Source of the DNA: Clostridia bacterium
GTDB taxonomy: Bacteria > Bacillota > Clostridia > Christensenellales > UBA1242
Direction: 5' to 3'
DNA: 33,310 nt
NCBI GenBank assembly: GCA_036649955.1
Contig: JAVWAR010000002.1
Location: 1-33,310 of the forward strand
The first letter of the stretch is position 1. The number at the start of each line of letters is the position of its first letter. Shown one piece after another: positions 9,022 through 18,287 of this stretch. Below the pieces are notes generated by a model. It was not told the DNA's origin and did not search any database. It saw only the letters and a list, made by a program, of their open reading frames with translations. Made by a program: the position numbers and the translations under genes.

Positions 9022-10824
9022 ATGGAACGAAGTTTATTATTGGAAAAAATTAATAAATTACCACTTTTGGCTGGCGTATATATTATGAAAAATGCTGATG
9101 GTGATATTATTTACGTTGGTAAAGCCAAGAAACTAAGAAATAGGGTCAGGCAATATTTTGACAGCAGAGAAAAACAAATTAAAGTTAAATTGATGGCTGA
9201 AAATGTTGATGACTTTGATTATATTCTTGCTAAAAATGAAGCAGATGCATTTGCTCTTGAATGTAACTTAATAAAGGAACATTCACCTAAATATAATATA
9301 CTTTTAAAAGATGATAAAGCATATCCTTATATTAAAATTAAAATTAATGAAAAGTATCCGCGCGTTATGATAGCAAGAAGGATTATAAGTGATGGTTCGT
9401 ATTATTTTGGTCCTTATGTTACGGGAATGAGGGTAAATGAAATACTTGATATTTTACATTTGGCATTTCCGCTTAGAACTTGCAACATAGATTTTTCTAA
9501 ACGTAACAAAGTTCAAAGACCCTGCTTGCATGGTGTAATTCATAATTGTTTAGCACCTTGTTGTAATAAGGATTGTGAAAAAAAATACCTTGATACTATT
9601 CATGATGTTATTGATTTTTTAAATGGGGATACATTTAAAGCCAGAAAAACATTAGAATACAAAATGCAACAATCTGCTGAAAATGAAGATTTTGAAATGG
9701 CAATAGATTATAGAAATAAAATTACGGCGTTAGACAATTCTAACGAAAAAATAATTGCAAATCTTACAACTTTGGCATCATTTGATGTATTTTCTTATGC
9801 TAGTGATGAAAATGCCACGGTTGTGACCGTCATGTTTGTAAGATGTGGTAAAACCGTTGGAGTAAGCAATTTTTTACTTGATAGTGTAAGTGATGACCCA
9901 ATACCGCATTTTATTGTTCAATTTTATAAGCAAAAAGAAGAATTACCGCCCGAAATTATTGCTAATTGCGAACTTGCCAGTGTTGAAAAATATTTTTTAA
10001 AAGAGTTTAATAAAAAAATTAAATGTACTACTCCGCAGAAAGGCATTAAAAAAGAACTTGTGTTATCTTGCAGTAAAAACGCAGAAGAATATTTAATACA
10101 AAGTGGCGAAAGACTTGCAAGAAAAAACAGATTGACGACTGACGCGCTTTGTGAACTGGGTGAACTTTTATCACTTCAATCAAAAATTTACAGAATTGAA
10201 GGTTATGATATTTCCAACATTTCAGGTACGAACATGGTATCTAGTATGGTTGTTTTTGAAGGCGGAGAATCAAATAAAAAAGAATATCGAAAGTTTAAAA
10301 TTAAAACCGTTGACGGGCAAGATGATTTTGCTTGCATGGAAGAAACTCTTGCAAGGCGCTTGAAAAAACTGATACTTAAAGAAAGCGGTTTTGATAAAAA
10401 ACCAGATTTAATTTTAATTGATGGTGGGCTTGGTCAATTACATAGGGCATACAAGGTTGCTTGCTCTATGGGTATTGATATCCCATTTATTTCACTTGCT
10501 GAACGCAATGAGGAAATTTATACAACTCAATCAAACAAGCCTATAATTTTAGACAAGAGTAATTATGCGCTTAGGTTATTGATAAGAGTTCGTGATGAGG
10601 CGCATAGATTTGCGCTTACGTATCATCAAAGTTTGAGATTTAAAGATTATAAAAGTGAACTGGAAAACATTGATGGTATTGGTGTGTCAAGAAGGATTGC
10701 ATTAAAGGAACGCTTTAAGACCATTGAAGAATTGATTGAAGCGACAATACCTGAAATTGCAAGTGTTTCTGGAATTGGTGATAAACTTGCTGAAAACATA
10801 TTCGAATATTTACATAAGAAATAA
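9022..10824 (+). CDS. uvrC: Excinuclease ABC subunit C
   Basis: GIY-YIG N-terminus GVYIMKNADGDIIYVGKAKKLRNRVRQYF, UVR-like and endonuclease regions, C-terminal (HhH)2 IDGIGVSRRIAL...VSGIGDKLAENI, 600 aa. Confidence 0.95.
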   Translation: MERSLLLEKINKLPLLAGVYIMKNADGDIIYVGKAKKLRNRVRQYFDSREKQIKVKLMAENVDDFDYILAKNEADAFALECNLIKEHSPKYNILLKDDKAYPYIKIKINEKYPRVMIARRIISDGSYYFGPYVTGMRVNEILDILHLAFPLRTCNIDFSKRNKVQRPCLHGVIHNCLAPCCNKDCEKKYLDTIHDVIDFLNGDTFKARKTLEYKMQQSAENEDFEMAIDYRNKITALDNSNEKIIANLTTLASFDVFSYASDENATVVTVMFVRCGKTVGVSNFLLDSVSDDPIPHFIVQFYKQKEELPPEIIANCELASVEKYFLKEFNKKIKCTTPQKGIKKELVLSCSKNAEEYLIQSGERLARKNRLTTDALCELGELLSLQSKIYRIEGYDISNISGTNMVSSMVVFEGGESNKKEYRKFKIKTVDGQDDFACMEETLARRLKKLILKESGFDKKPDLILIDGGLGQLHRAYKVACSMGIDIPFISLAERNEEIYTTQSNKPIILDKSNYALRLLIRVRDEAHRFALTYHQSLRFKDYKSELENIDGIGVSRRIALKERFKTIEELIEATIPEIASVSGIGDKLAENIFEYLHKK

Positions 10825-10828
10825 AAAG

Positions 10829-10853
10829 GTGAGAAAAATATCTCACTTTTTTT
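10829..10853 (+). terminator. Rho-independent terminator after uvrC
   Basis: GTGAGA (10829-10834) / TCTCAC (10841-10846), then T7. Confidence 0.6.
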
Positions 10854-10902
10854 ATGTGCTAAAAACGTATTGTTTTTCATACAATTTACAGAGGTACTAA
10901 TC

Positions 10903-12003
10903 GTGAACAAATTAAAATTATCAAGTTTTGTATTGCTTTTTATTATGGTAGTTATGGTTGTTTCTTTTCCTCTTATTGCACTAAAAAACAATAAGTTAAA
11001 TATTATCAAAAAACAATTCATAGGAGAAGTAAGTGAATATAATGGAGTTATTGAAGTATGGAATATAGATACATTTGAAGGCGGAACGTCAAGCAAAACA
11101 AAGTATTTAGAAACCATTGGTTTGGAGTTTAGTAAAATGTATAAGGGGTTGTATGTTTTAGTTTCATCTTACACGCCAGATGAAGCAAATGCACTTATAA
11201 GTGCCGGTAAAACCCCGCACGTTGTTTCATATGGTGTTGGAAGTTTACCTTTATGCACAGAACAACTGATTGAACTTGATTCTAATAAAAATATAATTGA
11301 CAAAAACATATTGAAATGTGGGATAAAAGAGAACAAGCAACTCGCACTTGGTTACATGAAAGGCGGTTATGTTTTAGTATCAACAAAGCATAAACTTGAA
11401 ATGGCAAGAAAGAACTTATCACTTAAACTTTCTAATATCTTATATTCGTGTTCTTATACAAAACAACTGAAAAAAAGTACTAAAAACATAAAATCACTAG
11501 TCTATGGGAATTCAAAATATCTTTTACCTGAAATATCAATTATAAATAACGGGAAAATCAATATAAAAGAATTGCACCCCAAATATATTACGCAAACAAA
11601 TTATGAGGCGTTTAATGAATTTATTTTAAACAATGCTGTAATTTTACTCGGTAATCAAAAAGATGTCGTAAGAATGGAAAACTTGGTCAGAGGTGGCAAG
11701 GTTTGTGATGTAAAATATGAATTTCTAAGTGGCGCGAACCCGTTAGTACAATATGTATCTGTTTTTAAAAACACCGACATTATTACGAAATATTCAAAAT
11801 TGTTTGCAGAATTCTTATTGTCGCCATTTGCTCAAAAAAAACTTAAAGACATATCTATGTTTTCTGTTACTTATAATAAACTATATGATGATGGCGTTTT
11901 TGCCGATATGGAAAAAGCAGTTAGTAACTCTTTTACTAATATTAATGTATTTTCTTCAATTAAAGAAATTGAAGATATAAAGAAAAATTGTTACTTAGAC
12001 TGA
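10903..12003 (+). CDS. Hypothetical membrane-anchored protein with a periplasmic-binding-protein-like ectodomain
   Basis: GTG 10903 lies 8 nt after GAGG (10891-10894); the track's TTG 10870 start has no SD. N-terminal TM LSSFVLLFIMVVMVVSFPLIAL. VIEVWNIDTFEGG...LISAGKTPHVVSYG resembles family-1 solute-binding proteins. No partner permease or ATPase is adjacent. Confidence 0.45.
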   Translation: MNKLKLSSFVLLFIMVVMVVSFPLIALKNNKLNIIKKQFIGEVSEYNGVIEVWNIDTFEGGTSSKTKYLETIGLEFSKMYKGLYVLVSSYTPDEANALISAGKTPHVVSYGVGSLPLCTEQLIELDSNKNIIDKNILKCGIKENKQLALGYMKGGYVLVSTKHKLEMARKNLSLKLSNILYSCSYTKQLKKSTKNIKSLVYGNSKYLLPEISIINNGKINIKELHPKYITQTNYEAFNEFILNNAVILLGNQKDVVRMENLVRGGKVCDVKYEFLSGANPLVQYVSVFKNTDIITKYSKLFAEFLLSPFAQKKLKDISMFSVTYNKLYDDGVFADMEKAVSNSFTNINVFSSIKEIEDIKKNCYLD

Positions 12004-12037
12004 ATTAATTGAATTTTTTTTAGAAATGAGGTAGAAT

Positions 12038-12937
12038 ATGAATATAACTGCAAATAAATTAAAAACGTTACTTGTAGAAGGGACTTTTTTGGAAAATGAA
12101 AGTTTGAAAAAATATTCCTCTCTTCACATTGGCGGCAAGGCTAGATATTTTGTTCTGCCACGCAATACTTGTGAACTTACTAATATTGTGGCTTTTGCAA
12201 AAACGAATAAAATATCCTACTTTGTACTTGGCAATGGCAGTAACGTGCTGTTTTCAGATAAGGGTTATAGAGGTATTGTTATTTGTTTAAAACAAATGGA
12301 AAGGAATTTTGCAGTATGTGGAGAAACTGCAAAAATAGGCGCAGGCGCGAGTTTGTCTTATCTTGCTAGTAAATTATCAAACAATGGGTTTACGGGTCTT
12401 GAATGGGCGGTACAGATACCTGCAAGCGTTGGTGGCGCAATACAGACAAATGCTGGTGCGTTTGGAAGTGACATTGCGAGTATATTATTGGCGGTTACTA
12501 TTTTTGATGGTTCAAATATAATAAAAATTGAGAGAAAGGATATTGAGTTTAGTTACAGGAAATGTAGTTTAAGTGGGAAAGGTTTTATAATCTTGGAAGC
12601 AGAGTTCTCAATTAAACCATGTGACGTCAATGTTAGCAAGTCGCGGGTTGTTGAACTTATAGAAATAAGAAATGCGAGTCAACCAAAAGGGTTTTCAGCG
12701 GGTTGTTCATTTTTAAAAGCAGGTGAATATTCTGCCGGTGCTCTTATTGAAAAAGCGGGGCTAAAAGGAAAACGTATTGGTGGGGCTTATATTTCATCAT
12801 TGCATGCCAACTTTATAATAAACGATAAAAATGCAAAATCTAGACATATAGAAAAACTGCTTAAAATATGTGAAAAACAAGTGTATAACAAGTTTGGTGT
12901 TAAACTTGTGAGAGAAATAGAAAAGATAGGAGATTAA
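12038..12937 (+). CDS. murB: UDP-N-acetylenolpyruvoylglucosamine reductase
   Basis: LKKYSSLHIGGKARYFVLP...YFVLGNGSNVLFSDKGYRGIVI (FAD-binding) and GCSFLKAG...SAGALIEKAGLKGKRIGGAYISSLHANFIIN are typical MurB. Confidence 0.9.
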   Translation: MNITANKLKTLLVEGTFLENESLKKYSSLHIGGKARYFVLPRNTCELTNIVAFAKTNKISYFVLGNGSNVLFSDKGYRGIVICLKQMERNFAVCGETAKIGAGASLSYLASKLSNNGFTGLEWAVQIPASVGGAIQTNAGAFGSDIASILLAVTIFDGSNIIKIERKDIEFSYRKCSLSGKGFIILEAEFSIKPCDVNVSKSRVVELIEIRNASQPKGFSAGCSFLKAGEYSAGALIEKAGLKGKRIGGAYISSLHANFIINDKNAKSRHIEKLLKICEKQVYNKFGVKLVREIEKIGD

Positions 12938-12940
12938 CTA

Positions 12941-13678
12941 ATGATTTTTGGTGATTATCACACTCATAGCAAATATAGTAAACTTGGCCATGGAAAAAAT
13001 ACAATTAGACAAATGGCTGAGTCGGGTGTAGAAAAAGGGCTTAAAGAAATGGCAATTACTGACCATGGTTCTAGGCATTTATTTTTTGGTGTTAGAAAAA
13101 ACGCGCTTAAAAAAGCAAGGCAAGAAATTAATATCATTAATGCGGAAGGTAAAATTCATTTATATTTAGGTTTGGAGGCAAATCTTATATCTAGGTCTGG
13201 TAAAATTGATATAAGAGATAGCGAAAGACAATATCTTGACTTTACAGCAATGGGGTTTCATCGTGGTTCATGGGGTGAGTTTGCGAATATTTTCAACTTT
13301 AATTTATCAAAACGCAGGCAAAACAATCCAGAAATTATAAAGAAAAATACAGATGCATACATTAGTGCTATTTTACAAAACAACATTACATTTCTTACGC
13401 ACTTGCAGGAATATATAAGGGTTGATGTTAAAAAAATTGCAGAAGTATGTGCGGATACTGGAACTATGATAGAAATCAATAATAGGCATTTAAGATTCAG
13501 CGCACAAGATGTAACGCGTATGCTTGAAACTGGTGTGAAATTTGTTTTAAGTAGTGATGCACATAATATAAAACAAGTTGCTGATGTTTCAAACGCAATT
13601 AAGTTTGCACAGGTAAATCATATACCTGCTGAGAGAATATGCAACTTGAATGAAGGAATTAAAATTTTAAAATTATAA
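12941..13678 (+). CDS. PHP-domain metal-dependent phosphoesterase (histidinol-phosphatase-like family)
   Basis: GDYHTHSKYS...MAITDHG...LSSDAHN are PHP His/Asp motifs. SD AGGAG upstream. Confidence 0.65.
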   Translation: MIFGDYHTHSKYSKLGHGKNTIRQMAESGVEKGLKEMAITDHGSRHLFFGVRKNALKKARQEINIINAEGKIHLYLGLEANLISRSGKIDIRDSERQYLDFTAMGFHRGSWGEFANIFNFNLSKRRQNNPEIIKKNTDAYISAILQNNITFLTHLQEYIRVDVKKIAEVCADTGTMIEINNRHLRFSAQDVTRMLETGVKFVLSSDAHNIKQVADVSNAIKFAQVNHIPAERICNLNEGIKILKL

Positions 13679-13688
13679 AGGACAAAAG

Positions 13689-14669
13689 ATGACATTTGCG
13701 GGAACTGTAAAAAAAGAAATACTTAAAAATTTTAAATTAAACCCTTGCTGTTATGTGGCAAGTCTTTCTGCATTTATACATTCTGCGGGAAGTTTAAATA
13801 TTTCTAGCGGAATGGTTACTTATTCTGTTTCAGCGGATAATAAAGAAGTGATAGATTTTGTACTTAAAGTATCATCAAAACTTGCTTATGCTGATTTATC
13901 AAATACTAAAATAGTGGAATCTTCTATTGCTGGCAATCCAAGATATGAGGTTAAGATTGATTCAGAATATGGTATGAAATTGCTCAGCAAAACCAGCATT
14001 ATCAGCATTGCCGATGATGGAAGAATTGAAATTAATAGGGGTACAGATAATTATCTTTTAAGTGAAGATTGTTGCAAACGTGCATATATAAAAAGTGCAT
14101 TTTTAGGTGCGGGTTCGGTCAGCGTACCTTGTGAAGTAGATTTCAATGCTGAAAGTTCTCATAATAGTGGTTATCATTTTGAAATGGAATTTACAAGTGA
14201 AGAACAGGCGAATTCAATTTTGGAATTGTTATGCTATTTTAATATTTTTGCAAAAAAAATTGAAAGAAGAGATAATTTTGTGGTATATTTAAAAGAGAGT
14301 GAAAGCATATCTGATATGCTTAGCCTTTTGGGTGCAACGGTTTCTATGCTTGAACTTCAAAACGAAAAGGCAAAACGTGAACTTAGAAACAATGTTAATA
14401 GACAATCAAATTGTATTAACGCGAATATTGATAGAGCGGTAAATGCTTCATTTAAACAAATGGAAGTTATAGGAATTATAGAAACAACGGTTGGGCTTAT
14501 GGCGCTTAGTCCCGCACTTTATGAGGTTGTGGAACTTAGAAAACGCTATCCTGAATCTTCACTTCAAGAACTTGCTGAAATTAGCGGTCTTAGTAAAAGT
14601 ACAATCAATCAAAGATTTAGGAATTTAGCGCGTATTGCAATAGATATCAGTGGAGGAGATTATGAGTAA
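13689..14669 (+). CDS. whiA: Sporulation/cell-division DNA-binding regulator WhiA
   Basis: FAGTVKKEIL N-terminus, degenerate LAGLIDADG-type core (KRAYIKSAFLGAGSVS), C-terminal HTH LQELAEISGLSKSTINQRFRNL, 326 aa. Confidence 0.9.
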   Translation: MTFAGTVKKEILKNFKLNPCCYVASLSAFIHSAGSLNISSGMVTYSVSADNKEVIDFVLKVSSKLAYADLSNTKIVESSIAGNPRYEVKIDSEYGMKLLSKTSIISIADDGRIEINRGTDNYLLSEDCCKRAYIKSAFLGAGSVSVPCEVDFNAESSHNSGYHFEMEFTSEEQANSILELLCYFNIFAKKIERRDNFVVYLKESESISDMLSLLGATVSMLELQNEKAKRELRNNVNRQSNCINANIDRAVNASFKQMEVIGIIETTVGLMALSPALYEVVELRKRYPESSLQELAEISGLSKSTINQRFRNLARIAIDISGGDYE

Positions 14670-16524
14670 TTTTACACATTTACATGTACATAGTGAGTTC
14701 AGTCTTCTCGATGGTGCAGCACGCATTGGAAAACTTGTTAAAACGTGTAAAGATTATGATATGCACGCCATTGCAGTTACTGACCATGGAAACATGTTCA
14801 GTGCTATTACATTTTATGATGAGTGCATGAATCTTAAAAAGAAAACGGGTTATGACCTGAAACCAATTATTGGCTGTGAATTTTATATAGTGGAAGACCT
14901 TGCTGTTAAAGTTGGTAGGCATAAAAATGCGCATCTTATTTTACTTGCAAAAAATGAGCAAGGTTATCTTAACTTGTCAATGCTAAACACTATTGGGTTT
15001 AGAGATGGTATGTATTCTGGTAAAGCAAGAATTGACTATAAAACCCTTGCCAAATATGCTGAGGGGTGTGTATGTCTTTCTGCATGTCTTGCTGGTGACA
15101 TACCGCAACTTATTTTGCAGGGTGATATTGAAGGTGCTGAAAAACTTACACTTTGGTTTAAAAGTGTTTTTCATGACGATTTTTATCTTGAACTTCAAAA
15201 CCATGGTATACCTGAACAACTACAAGTAAATGAGGTATTACGTAAGTTTTCTAAAAAGTTTGATATTAAACTTGTTGCTACAAACGATGTGCATTACATT
15301 TATAAAGAAGATGCCGAGATGCAGGACGTTCTTATGTGTGTTCAAATGCAGAAGACTCTTGATGACCCTGATAGGCTTAAATTTGACACTGATGAATTTT
15401 ACTTGAAAACATATGATGAAATGCTCAAAGCCTTGCCACAAGATAGAGAAGCACTTGACACAACAAATGAAATTGCTGATAAATGCAATGTCACGTTTGA
15501 GTATGGTAAATATTTATATCCTCATTTTGTAAACGGTGGCGGTAAAGATTCTTTGGAGTTTTTAAAAGACCTTATTGAAAAGGGTATTATTAAAAGATAT
15601 GGCAAAGAAACGCCTGAGGTTCGTGAACGTATTGATAGTGAAATGGAACTTATTGTTGGGCAAAAATATGTTGATTACTATCTTGTTGTTTGGGACTATA
15701 TCAATGCTGCTAAAAATATGGGAATTTCTGTTGGCCCAGGTCGTGGTTCCGGTGCAGGTTCGTTAGTTGCATTTCTTATTGGCATAACAAATATTGACCC
15801 TCTTAAATTTGACCTTCTATTTGAAAGGTTTTTACATAAGGAACGTGTTAGCGCTCCCGATTTTGACGTGGACTTTTCAGCAGATAGACGTGGAGAAGTT
15901 GTTGATTATGTTAGAAAAACATATACTGATGATAAAGTTGTAAACATTGTTACTTTCGGTACAATGGCAGCCAAGGCTGCAATAAAAGACGTTGCGAGAG
16001 TTTTACGTGTTTCTTATCAAGAAGTAGACAAAATTACAAAATCAATGCCAAAGAGTATAACTCGTCCCAACATTATTAAGAAGTGTTTTGGACTGCATAT
16101 TCCAAAAGAGGGAGATAAAGATTTTGGCAAGGTTTATGGTGAGCCGGACCTTATTGAAATGTACAAAAACAACCCTAGCATAAAAAGAGTTATAGATATA
16201 GCAATTAAACTTGAAGATAGTCCAAGAAATACATCAATGCATGCATGCGGTGTTGTTATTGGTGGTGTAAAACTAGATGAATGGTTACCGCTTGCTAGAA
16301 ATGGTGAGTGTATGACCACTCAATATGATATGAACCAAATTGAACATTTAGGGCATCTGAAAATGGACTTTTTAGGTCTTAGAAACCTTGATGATATTGC
16401 TCTTGCTATAAAATATATCAAAGAAAATTATAACAAAGATATAGATTTTGATAATTGTAATTATGATGATACAGAAGTTTTCAACTTATATCAACAGGCA
16501 ATACTAAGGCTATATTCCAAATAG
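14662..16524 (+). CDS. dnaE: DNA polymerase III alpha subunit DnaE, N-terminal part (reading frame broken near 16478-16481; the last ~15 codons are out of frame)
   Basis: PHP domain FTHLHVHSEFSLLDGAA, ITDHGNM, GPGRGSGAGSLVAF, PDFDVDF. ATG 14662 follows GGAGGAG (14652-14658) and overlaps the whiA stop. See the frameshift finding. Confidence 0.85.
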   Translation: MSNFTHLHVHSEFSLLDGAARIGKLVKTCKDYDMHAIAVTDHGNMFSAITFYDECMNLKKKTGYDLKPIIGCEFYIVEDLAVKVGRHKNAHLILLAKNEQGYLNLSMLNTIGFRDGMYSGKARIDYKTLAKYAEGCVCLSACLAGDIPQLILQGDIEGAEKLTLWFKSVFHDDFYLELQNHGIPEQLQVNEVLRKFSKKFDIKLVATNDVHYIYKEDAEMQDVLMCVQMQKTLDDPDRLKFDTDEFYLKTYDEMLKALPQDREALDTTNEIADKCNVTFEYGKYLYPHFVNGGGKDSLEFLKDLIEKGIIKRYGKETPEVRERIDSEMELIVGQKYVDYYLVVWDYINAAKNMGISVGPGRGSGAGSLVAFLIGITNIDPLKFDLLFERFLHKERVSAPDFDVDFSADRRGEVVDYVRKTYTDDKVVNIVTFGTMAAKAAIKDVARVLRVSYQEVDKITKSMPKSITRPNIIKKCFGLHIPKEGDKDFGKVYGEPDLIEMYKNNPSIKRVIDIAIKLEDSPRNTSMHACGVVIGGVKLDEWLPLARNGECMTTQYDMNQIEHLGHLKMDFLGLRNLDDIALAIKYIKENYNKDIDFDNCNYDDTEVFNLYQQAILRLYSK

Positions 16525-16547
16525 AAAGTGGTGGGTTTCAACGTTTT

Positions 16548-18278
16548 ATGCGTGACCTTAAACCAACATCTATTGAAGATATTACTGCGGGTGTGTCTTT
16601 ATATCGTCCAGGTCCAATGGACTCTATTCCAAGGTATGTACACAATAAACACAATCCGCAAGATGTAAAATATGATGATGTTATTCTTGAAAAGACCTTA
16701 AAAAACACATATGGATGTATAGTCTATCAAGAACAAGTTATGAGAATTTGTCAAGATATGGCTGGTTACACACTAGGTCAAGCCGATATGGTTAGACGTA
16801 TGATGGGTAAGAAAAAAATTGAAGAAATGCGTAAGGAAAAACAAACTTTCTTACATGGAAAACCTAGTGAAAATGGTAAACCTGCGATTGATGGAGCAAT
16901 CAAACGTGGAGTTTCAGAAGAAATTGCAACAAAGGTTTGGGGTGAAATGGAAACATTTGCACAGTACGCCTTTAATAAATCACATGCCGCCGCGTATAGT
17001 TTAATTACTTACCAAACAGCATTTTTAAAATGCTATTATGAAGCGGAATTTTTGACTGCGGTTTTAAATAACAGAATTACTAAATCTGACGAACTTCAAA
17101 ATTACGTTGCATACGCTAGAAGTGAAGGCATTGAAGTTTTACCGCCCGATATTAATGAAAGCAAAACTATGTTTAGTGTTAAAAATAACAAAATAAGATT
17201 TGGACTTAATGCATTAAAAGGTGTTGGCGAAAATGTTTGTCTTGAAATTGAAAAAGAGCGAACAGAAAATGGCGACTTTAAAAATCTTATGGATTTTTTA
17301 ACAAGGACTGCTGAATTTGGAATAAATAAACGTGTTATGGAAAGTTTAATTTTTTCTGGTGCGTTTGATAAGTTTGGTAAGTATAGAAGCCAACTTGCTG
17401 GTGTTTATGAAACCGCTATGGATAGGGCTATAAAAGATAAAAAAGCAAGACTTAGTGGGCAATTTAGTTTGTTTGATACTGTGCTTGCTGATGACTCTTG
17501 TATGGAACTTACTTATCCAAATGTTCAAGAATATGAACACACCGAAAAATTGAAGAGAGAAAAAGAAGTGGTGGGCATTTATTTGTCGGGGCATCCACTT
17601 AGCAAATATAAAGAAAAATTCAAGGCTTATAATTTTTCATCAGAAATGTTTAAGGTTTTTGATGAAGATGATGATATTATTGCAGAAGATACAGAAGATG
17701 AGTATTCTAATAAAATTTCAAAAGTTGATGAGTCTGGACTAGAAGATGGAATGAGTGTCACTTGGGGCGGAATTATTGCAGAAGTTAAAAAAATAACCGC
17801 AAAAGCATCTGGTAAACCCATGGCAATTCTTACAGTTGAAGATTTGTATGGTACTGCTGACGTAATGATATTTACAAAAAATTATGAACCAATTAAAAAT
17901 AAACTTGAAAATGATAAACTGATTACTATCAAAGGTAGAGTTTCTATTAGAGAAGGTTCAAACCCAATTATTATTGCAGAAAAGATTGAGTTTTGGGAAG
18001 ACAATAATGTTGAAAATCAATCTCCTAAAAGAGTGGTATTTAATAATGAAGAACAAAATGTATCAATATCTAAGTTGTTTTTAAAATTCAATCTTGAAGA
18101 CGAAAAAACAACGAGTATGGTACGCGAAATACTCACTGCTTATAATGGAAATATACCTGTTTTTGTTCAATCAAATGGTAAACTATATAATTTTAATACA
18201 AATATTGAGTTTAGTGAGGCGCTTAGAAGCGAACTTGCTTGCGTTATTTCTGATAGTAGTATAAAATTAAAGGAGTAG
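16548..18278 (+). CDS. dnaE: DNA polymerase III alpha subunit DnaE, C-terminal part (frame is open and homologous from 16470)
   Basis: LYRPGPMD, IVYQEQVM, GKKK..EM, FNKSHAAAYS, HhH and OB-fold regions. Upstream in the same frame: SFQLISTGNTKAIFQIESGGFQRFM. Confidence 0.85.
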   Translation: MRDLKPTSIEDITAGVSLYRPGPMDSIPRYVHNKHNPQDVKYDDVILEKTLKNTYGCIVYQEQVMRICQDMAGYTLGQADMVRRMMGKKKIEEMRKEKQTFLHGKPSENGKPAIDGAIKRGVSEEIATKVWGEMETFAQYAFNKSHAAAYSLITYQTAFLKCYYEAEFLTAVLNNRITKSDELQNYVAYARSEGIEVLPPDINESKTMFSVKNNKIRFGLNALKGVGENVCLEIEKERTENGDFKNLMDFLTRTAEFGINKRVMESLIFSGAFDKFGKYRSQLAGVYETAMDRAIKDKKARLSGQFSLFDTVLADDSCMELTYPNVQEYEHTEKLKREKEVVGIYLSGHPLSKYKEKFKAYNFSSEMFKVFDEDDDIIAEDTEDEYSNKISKVDESGLEDGMSVTWGGIIAEVKKITAKASGKPMAILTVEDLYGTADVMIFTKNYEPIKNKLENDKLITIKGRVSIREGSNPIIIAEKIEFWEDNNVENQSPKRVVFNNEEQNVSISKLFLKFNLEDEKTTSMVREILTAYNGNIPVFVQSNGKLYNFNTNIEFSEALRSELACVISDSSIKLKE

Positions 18279-18287
18279 GTGTAATAT

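Noticed and set aside
10647-11117. 156-aa minus-strand ORF spanning the uvrC 3' end, its terminator and the next gene. Similar antisense ORFs inside galU (559-894), ileS (4546-4890), sipL-like (30099-30524), dnaE, valS and others.
   Set aside because: They are entirely antisense to well-supported conserved genes, have low-complexity or hydrophobic composition typical of AT-rich shadow frames, and lack ribosome-binding sites.
16470-16524. Programmed -1 ribosomal frameshift in dnaE (by analogy with dnaX).
   Set aside because: No X XXY YYZ slippery heptamer is present in the 0 frame and I could see no stimulatory hairpin or pseudoknot. Programmed frameshifting is known for dnaX, not dnaE. A 1-nt homopolymer indel explains the data more simply.
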